Positions 25,339-39,109 of a stretch of 64,000 bases of DNA are shown one piece after another (position 1 is the stretch's first letter; the number at the start of each line of letters is the position of its first letter). The position numbers and the translations under genes were made by a program. Under the pieces are notes generated by a model, which was given only the letters and a program-made list of their open reading frames with translations, searched no databases and was not told where the DNA came from. The DNA lies in the NCBI GenBank assembly GCA_021613535.1, contig CP075493.1, forward strand, positions 9,424,001 to 9,488,000, written 5' to 3'. The DNA is from Adineta vaga. Taxonomy: Eukaryota > Animalia > Rotifera.

Positions 25339-26393
25339 TCTTGTGGACCAAGTATCAATACAATCGTCGATCTAGAAGAAAATGACCAAATTTCATTGAA
25401 GTTATTTCAAATATTATTCAATCATCATTCTTCATGGATTTAAGTATTCAACACAAGATAAATTAATTATAAAATCAAAAGAAAAAGCAAGCAACCAAAA
25501 TAAGCAATAAAAGGAAATAATGGAAAGATTGAGTCACACTTAGGCATGTTTCATAATCTCACTTTTATTAATTCGTCATCCGTTGTATCAAACATTATAT
25601 TTTTTCCTACAAATGATCAAATGCGTCAGTTAGTTTATAGAAAAAAATCTTTATGAGTCATGTTGTGTATTGAAACATGACTTATATAATGATCTAAGAC
25701 GAACAAACAAATGTTTGTTTTTCAATACTCACTCTCGTAGCTGTGTAATAAATATATAGAAATAAAAAGAAAATGATCTGTTTAGTGTCTTTTTTTGTCC
25801 AATGACTCATTCAGTTACATATTTACGAGGGAGCCACAAGACTTATTTACCTGTCAACATCGAATCTAGGATTTGTTTGAATAGAATTTGTAAAATTAGA
25901 CAGAGAAGAAATGAGTTTTATTTGATAGATTCAAGAAAAACAACTCCCTAATCTTTAGTTATGCTCGAATCAGTGACATCTATATCATTAGTATGATGAA
26001 TGTAGATGAAAGATGGCGTTTATTTTCTATTAAGAATTTAAAAAAAGGAATCGAAAGTATGTTTTAATATTGAATAAAAAAAGAAAGCATTTCTTTTCGT
26101 TAAAAACAAAAATGACTTTAAACCAATGAAAACGAAAATGGTTATCCCAACTAAAATACAAGTAACTTTCTTGATGAAAAAATAATATTTCCTATTTCAA
26201 AATGTAGATACAATATAATTGATTTATATCTATTAATTCAGTTCAGAAAAAAAAACAATTACATCCTTTCGATAACACCCGCTGATTATTGTTTATCGTC
26301 GAAATAGGATGATACGACTCGATATTCTAAATAGTCACATTTTCTTTTAGATTTTCTCTTTGTGTGAAAAATAACGACGATTATAGATCAAAC

Positions 26394-28664
26394 ATGCAAA
26401 ATATTCGTCAGTTAATTGCCACACAACGTTCTGTATCCGTTTGGAAGATTAATTATTTATTAAGACGATGTCTTACACTCTCCACTTCAACAAGTTTTAA
26501 TCCAGCCAATTTCACTATCAACTCGTAAATATACGAAGTTTTTCAAAATTAAAAACTCATCTATCTTTCGATATTTCAGTTCATCATTAACTCTAGTCGA
26601 TTCAAACTTCTCATCTTGTATAAATGGTCGATTATTATCAGGAACAAAATGTGGTCTAACCACTATTCATCGACATCAACCTATTCGTTATGCTTCATCT
26701 GGTAGTTTACCGGCTCATACAAAAATAAACCTACCTGCATTATCACCTACCATGGAAACTGGAACTTTACGTTCGTGGTCGAAAAAAGAAGGAGATAAAA
26801 TAGTGGAAGGTAAATATCACTCGTCAATGTTACTTTGAAATCTATGTATGAATTCATTTTTCAGGAGATATATTAGCCGAAATTGAAACCGATAAAGCAA
26901 CATTAGGATTTGAATCAGGAGATGAAGGATTTTTGGCAAAAATTCTTATTCCTGGTGGTAGTAAAGATGTCCCTGTTGGTAAAGTAAGTGACAATGAAAC
27001 ATTATTATTATCTTGATTGTTAGCAATGCATTCTACATTTAGTTATGTGCGATTATTGTGGAGAAAGAAGAAGATGTAGCTGCATTTAAAGATTTCAAAG
27101 ATGATGCTAGTGATGCACCAACCAAAGAAAAATCTTCCGATGAAAAACCAGCTCCAGTTGAAAAGAAAGAAAAAGAAACGACGAAAAAAGATGATTCAAC
27201 CAGTAAAACAGAGGAACAACCAAGCAAGCAGAAAACGAAAACAACTAGTTCAACTCAAGGTGATCGAGTAGTTGCTTCTCCTCTCGCTCGTAAACTTGCC
27301 GAAGAAAAAGGCATTGATTTAACAGTAAATAATCATTCTCATAGTGATATGTCATATTATAATTAATACATATATATATGTATCGTCTAGTCTGTTCAAG
27401 GATCTGGTCCAAATGGTCGCATTATTGCTGAAGATGTTGAGAAATTTCTTAAAGACGGTGGTGCAAAAGCAGGTGTTAAAAAAGTCACAGATCAACAAGC
27501 TACTTCAGCTAGAAGCGGAGGAAGAAGAGAGAAAGAAACGTCAGCACGTACAGGTGGTTATGATGATGAACAAGTATCCGATATTCGAGCGGTAATTTTA
27601 TATTATGAAAAAATAAGAACCGAACTGTTTCATATTTATTTTTCTCAAGGAACATGCGCGTCGTGTCACTGAATCTAAGACAACTATTCCTCATTATTAT
27701 TTAACAATTGAAATTGAAGTCGATGAAATACTTAAGTATAAAAAGTTCTATCTACGAAATTTCTTAATGATAAACGATTGTTTTAGATTACGCGGAAAAT
27801 TGAATGATTTACTTGCACCAAAAACAAAAACCACTAAAGATAAATCTCTTGGTATTACATTAAATGATTTTATTATAAAAGCAGCTGCTCTTGCTTGTAA
27901 AAAACGACCAGAAACAAATAGCATCTGGATGGAAAAATCTATACGACAGTAAGATATTTTGTTCTTTTTTTTATCTACTTTTTATTTCTACATTTAAAAC
28001 ATCTATTAGATATGAAACAGTTGATATCAATGTAGCAATAAATACAGATGCTGGCATCCTTCTAACACCTATTTTATATAATGCTGATCAAAAGGTAATT
28101 TTGAAGTTTGCTATTAAACATATACAACAATCATCATTGGTTTTAATTTAGGGTGTTTCAACAATTAATAAAGAAATATCGCAATTGAATGAAAAAGCTA
28201 ATGGTGGAAAACTAAACGATAATGAACTTGAAGTAAAGAGAGATATTAAAATATTGATTTTAATGATATATGGTATTGATTTTTAGATGGGAACATTTAC
28301 AATTTCAAATCTAGGAATGTATGGTGTAACTAATTTTAGTCCTATTATTTATCCTCAACAAGTAAATTTGAGTTTAATGAAATGAATAAATATTTCAACG
28401 TTTTTATTTAGTCAGCGAATTTAGCCATTGGTAATATAGAAACAAGAATTTTACCTTCACCAGATGCACTTAAAGGGTAAAAATTCGAATTTTTTTATGG
28501 TAATAATGATTTGTTTTTATTCCTTATTGATTAGTTATCGTCAAGTATCTATTCTTAATGTGACATTAGCATGTGATCATCGTGTTATTGATGGTGCAAT
28601 TGGTGCACAATGGTTACAAGAATTTAAACAATTTCTTGAAAATCCAGGCTCGATGATCTTATAG
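26394..28664 (+). CDS. DLAT: Pyruvate dehydrogenase E2 (dihydrolipoamide acetyltransferase), single lipoyl domain
   Basis: [19 protein letters not shown] (lipoyl Lys), [24 protein letters not shown] (subunit-binding domain), [19 protein letters not shown] catalytic motif. Confidence 0.92.
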
Positions 28665-28879
28665 ACTCTTTTTTAGGTTATATTTTGTCTTGTATTCTCT
28701 CCTTATATACCTTTTCCTAAACATTATGATTCTCTAACTTAGTTTCATGATAAATCCAACTTATTATTATTATTTTTGTCGATTTTAGTCAAGCAAATCT
28801 AACAAAATACTTCACTTTTGTCCGGATAATATTTCTCCTTTGGAAGTTCGTTTTTAGATTTTGTTTTTTTTTCGTTGAT

Positions 28880-29470
28880 ATGGTTTTAAATCATCTTTCA
28901 CGTAGTCTTTATACTAAACTACATCCTTTATTAACTGCAAATATTCAGACACGCTGTTTATTAGCACGAAATTATCATGAAAAAGTAATTGATCATTATG
29001 AAAATCCACGAAATGTTGGTTCATTCGATAAATCTAATGATGATATTGGTACTGGTCTTGTCGGCGCACCAGCATGTGGTGATGTGATGAAATTACAAGT
29101 AAGTTTATTTTTTCACTGCGATTTGTTTGTTTTTCATTTTCAATTGTTGACTAGATTAAAGTTGATGAAAATGGAAAAATCACTGATGCAAAATTTAAAA
29201 CATTTGGTTGTGGTTCTGCAATTGCTTCATCTTCATTAGCAACAGAATGGATTAAAGGAAAGTCAATTAAAGAAGCAAATTCAATTAAAAATCAAGATAT
29301 TGCGAAAGAACTATGTTTACCACCAGTTAAACTTCATTGTTCAAGTAAAAGAAACTTACGTAGTTTATTTGTACACTAAGTATTTGTTTTTAGTGCTTGC
29401 TGAAGATGCAATCAAAGCAGCAATCAACGATTACAATACAAAAAAGAATAAACAACATAAAGATAAATGA
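28880..29470 (+). CDS. ISCU: Mitochondrial Fe-S cluster scaffold ISCU
   Basis: [32 protein letters not shown]|[47 protein letters not shown]. Confidence 0.97.
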
Positions 29471-29828
29471 ATAGTTGTTTGACTTCTTTTTCGTTATGAT
29501 ATGTATCTCATTAATGGCTTCTATATTTAAACTTTGTAATGACTATCTAAAAGCAGATAGAAAACGACTTCCTACATGTTTATATATATATATATGATTT
29601 ACTTGTTTTGATTTGTGCTTCTTTTTTCTCTCTCCATTAATAAACGAAAGATTGTCGAATGATTACATGAAATCTATTGTGAAAGTAGCTTTTAATTAGA
29701 TTCAAAGATTTGAGAATTGATCTACTTTATCTGATACATGGAATTCTCGCATGACCGTTATTACGATTGTTTAAAGAATAGATGTGATAAACAATGAAAG
29801 AACTAATTTTACTTGTCATATTTTAGAT

Positions 29829-30538
29829 ATGCGTGTAACAGAAAAACATCTTCGTGATGAAGTGTACAATCGTTGTATTGAATTTCTTGACGTGACTATC
29901 AATTTTATTCTCTACATTGAACAAATTTATTCCAAAGGTGGAAATCTATCTTAAACAAAATTTTTCTTTCTCTATACAAAAAAATCTTCTTCTTTTCAAT
30001 AGATATCTTCGAAAAACGATTCAAATACAATCAAATAGTTTATGAATGTCAAGATGTTGATGTACAACATTATATTTATGAGTTTCTCAATCAAATCAAA
30101 CCATTATTTCGCAAACAATTAGTCGATCAAATTGGTTTTGTAATAACAACAACGAATGAAAAAGAGATTTTACGACGATATTTGATTGAATTACATCCTA
30201 TTCTTGAGCATTCATCCAACACAATTCATACGAATGGAAATCATCAACTTGCAGAACTCGACTCAATGTTTTCAACATGTTTAATTGAATTAATGAAACA
30301 AATGCCAATTAGTCCACTATCTTTATTCGTAGAGAATGATAACGATGATGAACTTCGATGGAAATTACAGATGCGTTTGTGTCATCATGGAAATAATAAA
30401 TTTGAAATCGATGAAACGTTTTATGAACAATTTAAATTAACTATAAATTCGTCATTATCTCTAAGACAAATCAAATCTACTCATGCACAAAGACTTAATA
30501 TTCAATTCATGTGTCAAGAGAATAAAACTGAAAAATAA
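29829..30538 (+). CDS. MAD2L2: HORMA-domain protein, REV7/MAD2L2-like
   Basis: CIEFLDVTINFILYIEQIYSK|DIFEKRFKYNQIVYECQDVDVQHYIYEFLNQIKPLF follows the REV7 N-terminal pattern (EFLEVAVHLILYVREVYP..IFQKRKKYN). Confidence 0.75.
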
Positions 30539-31062
30539 ATAATGAATTTTGATATATATTTCTTCTTTATATTATCAAACATACTAGAAGACTCTTTTTA
30601 ACGTTCAATGATTTCTTATATAGCAAAGAATAGATTAGAAGATAATGGAAGTATTTAATTGTAATCGTAAACATATTTAGTGGTTGAAATAATCAGCCAT
30701 TCAGATGTATGGATATTCGACATTGATTGATATTGAATCTATAATGAAGAAATATTAATTTTAGTTCAAAATCAATCAATCGTATATATCCTTTTGAATT
30801 GCTAAGTTCTCTTGTAAGAAACGACATCTATTGATCATTAGTCATATTATCGCTTTTCGATTCGATGACTTACTCCTATCTATATATGGTAGATTGTATT
30901 CCAAAGTCTACCACTTCTATTTCTCGGTACATTGAACTACGATTCAATAAATATCAGTACATTGCTGTTTTCGTTAATTCATATCTCAAAACACTTCGAA
31001 CATATGATCAATAACAACCATCGTACATAATACAACTCATTCTTGTTTAGTTTTCTGATACT

Positions 31063-32159
31063 ATGACTTCAGTTATTGCCGCTTCGAATTCGACATCAAT
31101 AATGAATGACAATCTCATTCCAAAATTTAATGATTATCGTTCTCGCGTATGTTCATAAGATTGTTTTCTTTCGTAGAGAAAAAGTTTTCTCATTTAAAAA
31201 GGTTATGCTTGGTGAACTTCCGTCAGATTTTCTTCGTATTCAATTTGTTGAATCTCAAATCTATGAGCAATTAAATACTCAACTCGATGTTAGTCAAAAT
31301 CCAAATTTTCTTGGTTATTTTACTTTAACGATTGCTGAGGTATTTATTTATCTTATCTATTGATACATGTTTTTATTTGACATGATTTTATTAGGCAAAA
31401 TTAATCAAAAATTCTGGTCCATTAGGTTTACTTCGTATGGATCCTTATGTTCGTTTTCAATTAGGTCATGTGTCCAATGAAACTCCGACAGCTACTGGTG
31501 GTGGTAAAAATCCACAATGGAAAGTTTCATATCGAATGTAAGAAGAAAAGTTTTTAAAACGTTTCTCTTTCATAGTCTTTCTATTTAGTAATCTTTTCAA
31601 AGGCATGAATCAGATACATATAGAAATCTTCGATCAGGTACTTGTTTTCTACATCAATGATAAAACTGATTTTGATCTATCTTAAAATTATTTTAGCGAA
31701 GTTTTACAGAAGATAGTTTTATCGCAGAATGTGATATAGAAATACCAAGTGAAGTCTTAGAAGGTCAAACGTATCAAAATTGGTATCCATTACTGGGACG
31801 TGATGCAAATGCACATGAAAACCAAGGAGATATTCTTATTGTAATGAGTTTTGCAGTAAGTAGATATTAAATAAATCATCAAATGCATTGATATATCTCA
31901 TGTTTTATAGTCCACGACAGTAGACAATTTATCAGCAATGGAAAATCCAAGTTTTTCCAATAGTCCAACAATGTCTTCACTATCATCTCAATCGAATAGT
32001 CTCACTGAATCTAATCCGCCCTATTCAGCAGATGATATTAAAACAATTGAAGAAATGTTTCCAACAATTGATCATCAGATTATCATTGATTTAATGGATA
32101 AATACGGTGGAAATAAAGATATTGTTGTTAATTATCTTTTACAAAATCATCAAGCATAG
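31063..32159 (+). CDS. TOLLIP: Toll-interacting protein-like (TBD-C2-CUE)
   Basis: [13 protein letters not shown] (TBD), [33 protein letters not shown] (C2), [29 protein letters not shown] (CUE). Confidence 0.9.
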
Positions 32160-32267
32160 TTTTTCTTTCTATTTTCTTTTTATTTGTAAACAAATGTACA
32201 ATCTTCGTCATATTTATATGTTGTAAGTCATTAATTGTGTATAGAATGTCGTATTGTAGATATAAAG

Positions 32268-32740
32268 ATGTCGGATTCACGTACACCAGCAAAATCAAAT
32301 AATACCCTTAGTGATTTTGAAAGTGCTAGTAGTGGTGAATCGAAATTTTGGCGTAAAGTCAAAGAAGATCCTGTTGTTCCAATTGGTTTGTGGATATTTA
32401 TTCAAATTCATTTTTATTTTTGATGACTTTTTTATGTTTTCAGGTATGACAGGATTTGGTTTAATTGTTATTGGCGCTATCATTGGTTTCAATAGACGCG
32501 ATAGAACTAAACCCACTTCTACATATTGGTAAATAAAAAAGACGGATTTTATCATAGTGTTTTTACGAACTTTGTTTTGTTTCACATAGGATCCGTACTC
32601 GTGTTTTTGCACAAGGATTTGTTGTATCTCTTCTGACTGCAGCGGCTGTCTATCATGCAGTTAAAGATCGTGCAGAGCCACATGATATTAATGGTCATAA
32701 GTTACGTGGTGGAGGAGCATCAACTTCCAATCGTCATTGA
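32268..32740 (+). CDS. HIG1 (hypoxia-induced gene) domain protein
   Basis: KFWRKVKEDPVVPIG|MTGFGLIVIGAIIGF..STYW|IRTRVFAQGFVVSLL. Confidence 0.9.
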
Positions 32741-34612
32741 TATAATGAACTAATGCAACAGTATTCATTATTTGAATATTTATATTTACTTAGATCCTTT
32801 TCTCATTTTCCGTAGGTGATCATATGTTTTATTTAATATACTGTTGCTATTTAAATTTGCTAACCAGAATAAATCTAGGTCTTTTGAATATATTTTCATT
32901 GTATAAACTAAACAAGAATATCAATGCATCCATATAGATGCAAGTTCAGCTGATATAGTAAAAGTTCTATGAATAAAAATAGATATGAAATTTAATGAAA
33001 TGATATATTGTCCTAAATATTTTATTATATTTGTTCACAGTTTACATAAAACATAATTATTAGTTCATAATATGATGCTTATTTTGTCCGTCACTTAAGT
33101 AAAATACAATAAATATTCGAAGATAAATTGGAAAATCATGTTTTACTATTCTTCATATTAGAAATTCCATATTGTTCAATAACTGTTTTTTTTCAATTAC
33201 ACCTATTTAACGTATTGGCATACCATATTATTTACTATCATTTTCATCCGTTGTTGATGTTGTTGTTGTTGTCACGAAATCATCCCACGGTTGAGCATGA
33301 CATCGATATGATATACAATTGACTTGTGATTTTATCTTATAAGCATACATTCTGTTTCGTATAGATATATATATCTACCTTTGTCATCTATCGTCTATGA
33401 TATGCTCGTTGTGTTGTCGTAGGTTGTTGTAAATACGAAAAACAACCCTTTTTATATGGTCACTGTTATGATGCAATAGTAAAACAACGGCACGAAAAGA
33501 ATCGAATAAGTGTACTGTACAATGATATGTACTGGATGGGAATGGACTTTGATTTCAAGAGGTGTGCACTAAAGAATAACAATAGAATAGAAAAAGAAGA
33601 AAAATAAATAATTACGTCAAAAAATGAAGCTGGTAACCAATGATATTCGGCTGTTAATCACAGTTATCATGTTGTGAAAAAATGAAATTTCACTTTCGAA
33701 GAGTGCATCCCCTGGCATTTGAATGCATGCAGTCAGCTGATGTCCGTTCGATCGAACATGATTGCGGTTCGATAGATAGTAATCTTTGCTCCTCAATATT
33801 TGTATTAGTTCGAAAAGTACAATATTATAATCTGTGAAGTACTATTAATGTACTACATTTTTGTTCCATATACTTCATTGTTCTAGTCTCTACACGTGGT
33901 AACGGCATGTTTTTCGAAAGATAAGGTCTCCATGAATTACAAACGAAAGCAAAAAAACTTGTTGTTATTATCAACCATCTGTTTTTTTTCCTACGCTTTC
34001 CATCAATCCCTAGATATACTTGAAGTAAAATATTCTCATAAATGATATGGGAGAAAACAGGTCATGCTGAGATTAATAAATTGAGTGAATAGACTACTTA
34101 TAAAACAAAAGTCGATGATTTTCGTTAGTTAACGAATTTATAATATACACTCATTGTTATCAATGACATTGCAAAAAAATCGGGTCATGCATTTTTAGAA
34201 TTATTATCATGAATATTACAAGAGAATATTTTAATACACAAACAATCATGAAGAATCGATAGTTATCAGATATCATCACGACTATGAAAACAGATACTCT
34301 ATTTATTAGAGGTCAATTTATTTACTGTTGATTATCCTTGAGATATGCATGACATTTTTCTTCCGAAAAATACTGTTTAAACTATTGTGAATGAATTGAG
34401 TCTAACTCTGATCATTGTTATTCTGTTCATTATTATCGAACTCTTCGCTTTTATGATGAGAAAACAGAATGATACACTACTTCTTTATTTGCATTGTCAT
34501 TCTTAACATCATATAATATTTGTTTGTCTTATCTCTATTTTGACTTTAACATGCTGACATGACGTAAAAACTTCATACTACATCTTTGATGTTACAATTC
34601 AATACAGAAGTA

Positions 34613-36329
34613 ATGACAGAAACAAGAGTAATCGAAATCTTTGGTTTTATACATTGTATTAACATTTCTCATTTATTAGACATTCACAAACGAATTGATT
34701 CTTACTGTTCTAGCAACTGGTTCAGGTTTAATTTCATTTGGTTGGAACACAGGTTGTTTAAATAATGCTCAAGAATCAATTAAAGCATGGATCGTTCAAT
34801 CCTATCAATATCGTACAGGACATACACTTTCGCATAGTATATTGACACTTTTATGGAGTACAACTGTGGCTATTTTTGCTATTGGAGGAGCGATTGGTGC
34901 ATTTTCTGCGAGTAGTGTCAGTCGTCGATACGGTCGACGAGGTGGTCTTCTTCGAGGAAATCTATTTGGAATCATTGCTGCAATCTGCATGTGTGCGTTC
35001 TATATGAATAGTTTTGTTTTGAATATAATTTTAAATGAACATTATCTATTGTAGCTTTATCAAAATTTGCTCATTCACCAGAATTACTAATTCTCGGTCG
35101 ATTAATTATTGGAATTGAATGTGGTTTGTATACTGGTTTGTGTACAATGTATTTGAGTGAAGTTAGTCCGAAACGTGTTCGTGGTATGATTGGATCGTTA
35201 ACTGGTCTCTCGGCTTATACGGGTTTAATGTCAGCAGAAATTATTTCGACACCTGCTATGCTTGGAACAGATACACGTTGGCCTTTGATTATGGTTATAG
35301 CCGGTGTGCCAAGTGTGTTACAATTTATACTTCTTCAATTTTGTTATGAAAGTCCAAGATATTTATTGATGAATCGAGGCGATGAACAAAGTGCTCGTCA
35401 AGCATTGAGTGCATTAAGAAAACGATTTGATATCGAAGATGAAATTAATGAAATGAAACAAGAAGCAGAACATTTAAAAGGAGAATGTCATGTATCACTC
35501 AAAGAATTATTTAGTCAATCAGTATTTCGGTAAAATATTTTCATTGTATTTTTCTAATATACATCATCATCTCATATTCTTTGACGAATAGATTACCACT
35601 TGCTGTTGCTATTGTTGTTCATTTTTCTATGCGTTTTTGTGGTATAAATGCAATTATGTATTATTCAACTGCACTATTTAAACATGCAAATCTTGGTTCA
35701 GTCGGTCCTTATGCTACTATTGGTGTAGGTATTATACTCGTTCTCATTACATTAGTGTCCGGTTCATTGATGGATCGAGCTGGTCGACGAACATTACATC
35801 TTTTCGGTTTATTTGGTACATGGTTATGTAGCCTACTGTTGACAATTACTTTTATTTTCACAGTAAATAATTCTCGAATTTTATTTTTCAGAAAAAAAAA
35901 CTTTCAAATTGCTTTTCTTTGTTAGTCTCATGCGCCATGGTTAAAATTTCTTTCCATCGCTTTTGTTTATATGTTTGTCGTATTCTTTGCTATTGGACCT
36001 GGTACTGTTCCATGGGTTATTCTTCCTGAAATTTTTGCTCAAGGTGCACGTCCAGCAGCTACAAGTGTAGCGGTCGTCACTAATTGGATGTCAAACTTTG
36101 CGGTTGGACTTTTGTTTCCACTCTTAGCGGTAAATTTTATTTGTTATAGAATTTTCTAATCTAATCTTTTTCTCGTTTCATTTAGGAAAGCGATAAAATA
36201 TCGGATTATTCATTTATTCCATTTGCTGTATTGACAACATTTTGTTTTGCATTTCTTTACAGATATATGCCAGAAACGAAAAAACGTACCTTTGAAGAGA
36301 TTACTATGGCTTTTCGAAGAACTCAATAA
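34613..36329 (+). CDS. SLC2/GLUT-family sugar-porter MFS transporter
   Basis: FGWNTGCLN, RRYGRR, GRLIIG, MYLSEVSPKRVRG, YESPRYL, GINAIMYYS, DRAGRRTL, GPGTVPW, EIFAQGARP, PETKKRTFEEI. Confidence 0.95.
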
Positions 36330-36879
36330 AACAAAGAAAAAAAATGTGATTTGTTTTTCTTATTTTTTATAATACAATACTAAATAGTATATTTCTTGTC
36401 ACATTTTTATACATTAAAGATATTTTTGAAAAGATTTTTGAACTATATCAATGACAGTTAAATATTCTTAACAGCAATCTATACTACTGACGCCTACTTG
36501 TCACTGCCGCGTTTTGATTTACATTTCACTGGCAATAATTAACTGTGTTAAAACATAAATTTTTTGAGAAGAGAACAACTCTATAATATTGATATATTTG
36601 TAAAACTTATGCCAATTACATTACTTTTTACCATCGACGCATCATGTATATGATTTGCTCTTTTATATAAAAAGAAAGGTTGGAATATTCCAAGTGATCT
36701 GTTCTAAATTGAGTTAAGATTTTTGAATTTTACTCAAAGCATTATTTACAGAGTGACACAGTAAAGGAAGGAAACATTGAAAAAAGGTACGCACTTTGTT
36801 TTTTCACTTCACTTTTCAATGAATGATTTATCATATACGCAGAAAATGTTTTCAGTGTCTACCATATGTGATATGTATC

Positions 36880-38555
36880 GCATGATGATTGACACTCATT
36901 TTTATAAATTTGTTCAAGGAATACTACTGTGTAATTACTTATTCACTTTCTTTGTGTGTCTTAGATTTATTACAAGAAATAAGTGTTACCAACAAAAATC
37001 TAATTCAATTATTATTTGGTACTAAAATAAATTTGGCATATGTCACGCATTCAAATATAAATGAAACATTATCTATAAAACATGCTAAATTATGTTCGAA
37101 CAGCTCAAATGAATGGATTTTATTCACCGCTTTTGACAGAGGTATTATTATTTGATTAATATTAACGTCAGTTATAGATCGTTTTTCTTTTTTCTTAATA
37201 GAAACGTTATCACAAGCTATTGATAACAGTGTTTATGCAATAGAACCTTTATCTAATCCATCGAAAACTGTTAATCACTGTCAATCGTTGGATTTTAATG
37301 AATGTTCAGTTTGTAACTTACAGAATGATAATCCAAGATTATTTCAATTCACGTATGAACAACATATGTATATATATATATATATATCGATTTATAAGTT
37401 GCATATATTTCAATTATACTGTATAGAAAAGAAATTCGCAAGAGACATCAATCACTGTGAATCGTTGAATTTTAATGAATGTTCATTTCGTATACGTTAT
37501 TTATCATTATATACGTCGCAAAGCTGCTGATTATATTGATATATATATAAATCGCTGAGAAAACATCATTTCCGAAGTATATTTCAATTAATTGTAATCG
37601 TTAATATATCTTTATTTTAGCCTTTTAATTTAACAATCATGCCTGCATTGATCACATGTCAACATATAGCTATTACAGTTGAACTATATCAAAGTCAATC
37701 ATCTATATTAACGACAGATTGTTTAGCAAATTTACGAAACGAAAATACCAATGAACTCGTGTAAGTACATAATGTTTCACAATCGAGTCTATATCAGTAT
37801 GATTCAAATAGACTTTTCCGATGAGTAATCCAACAATAATATTTGATTCTTTACAACCATTAACTATCTATAATATTTGTATCAATTGTCAAACAGCAAC
37901 TATAATCTGCAGACAAATCACGACTTTAAGTCAAGTAAAGTTATTTCAACTGATAAAAATCAAATATTCCTTTTTTTTATTATAGCAACCGTCTTTTCAT
38001 TTGGAATCTCACCCATGTAATTAATATAGTTTGTAAATTTCAAAGAAACAATATTATCTTCTTTTTTCCTAAAGATTCAACATCGACAGATATCATTACA
38101 ATAATTTCTATAATCCTTACATTGATTACGTTTACGTAAATTATGAAAAAATTGATTCGTATACATTCTCTTGTGTTAATTTATAGAATTATCGCAATAA
38201 AATTAGGACTATACACGTTTGTTTATATTTGTCGTCGATTAAGAAATTTGAATGAACCTCTCCCTAACGAAGTAATAGATTTTATTTATTGAATAATATC
38301 AAATTTGTATTTTCTAGAATAATGAAAATAATATCCCTTTCTTAAGACCTTCAGAAAATCAAGAGATAAATGATAATGCAGAAGAAATTCCTGGACGTAA
38401 CTTAGCAAACGCAACGAATGTTTCATCGATTTCAACAATAGTAATAGTTTTACAATATCAGATAGATATTGAGTTTTCTTTTTTCTAGACTGTTCAAAGT
38501 GCTCAAGAAGTATTTGGTTCCACATCATCCATCGGTTCTCGATATTGTAATCAGT
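36880..38555 (+). CDS. Probable multi-exon single-pass membrane protein, possibly with an FN3-like segment; model uncertain or degraded
   Basis: Series of GT-AG flanked open exons (DLLQEISVTNK.., ..FDSLQPLTIYNICINC.., hydrophobic IITIISIILTLITF..); start and some junctions not resolved. Confidence 0.35.
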
Positions 38556-39109
38556 AAAACTACAACATAAGTTTTGTCTCTTTTATTATATAGACACGAA
38601 TGTTTTTCAATTTGTAAAGTCCTTTTTATTCATTCAAGATTGGAAATATTTGACTTTTTTTGATAGTTGAAATCCGTCCGATAGTTACACAATAGAATCA
38701 TCTGTCATTGTGTGTTCGTATTTGACATTTTTTCGATTCTGTCTATATGTTTTATGAAAAGAATTCAAGATGTCAGTAGAGATCGATGAAATGAAATAAA
38801 TTTTCTAGTAGAAAAAACTCAATTATCATATCGTTGAAAATCACTATATGAAATAAAAATCAATAAATTTTCCTTTCATTTCCTAGAAAAATCTATTTCA
38901 AGAAAAAAATTATTGGTTATCCGTTATTTATAAGCGATTCGTTGGATATGATCATATGCTTGTGTATGTATGTATGTGTGTATGCTTCTTCATTTTTTTT
39001 TTGCTTTCTGTCATTTGTCTTTCTATTCTTTCTTTTCACCTATAAACAATTGTCAATGATTGATTTTATCGAAATATGTTTTTAGATCGGTAAAAATCAA
39101 ATAGACAAA

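Noticed and set aside
26394-28664. PDHX (E3-binding protein) instead of DLAT
   Set aside because: Catalytic His in DHRVIDG and Ser in TISNLG are retained, favouring E2; a divergent paralogue is not fully excluded
33050-33570. Minus-strand coding-like fragments (..CHAQPWDDFVTTTTT..)
   Set aside because: Multiple stops and no coherent exon structure; at most a decayed remnant
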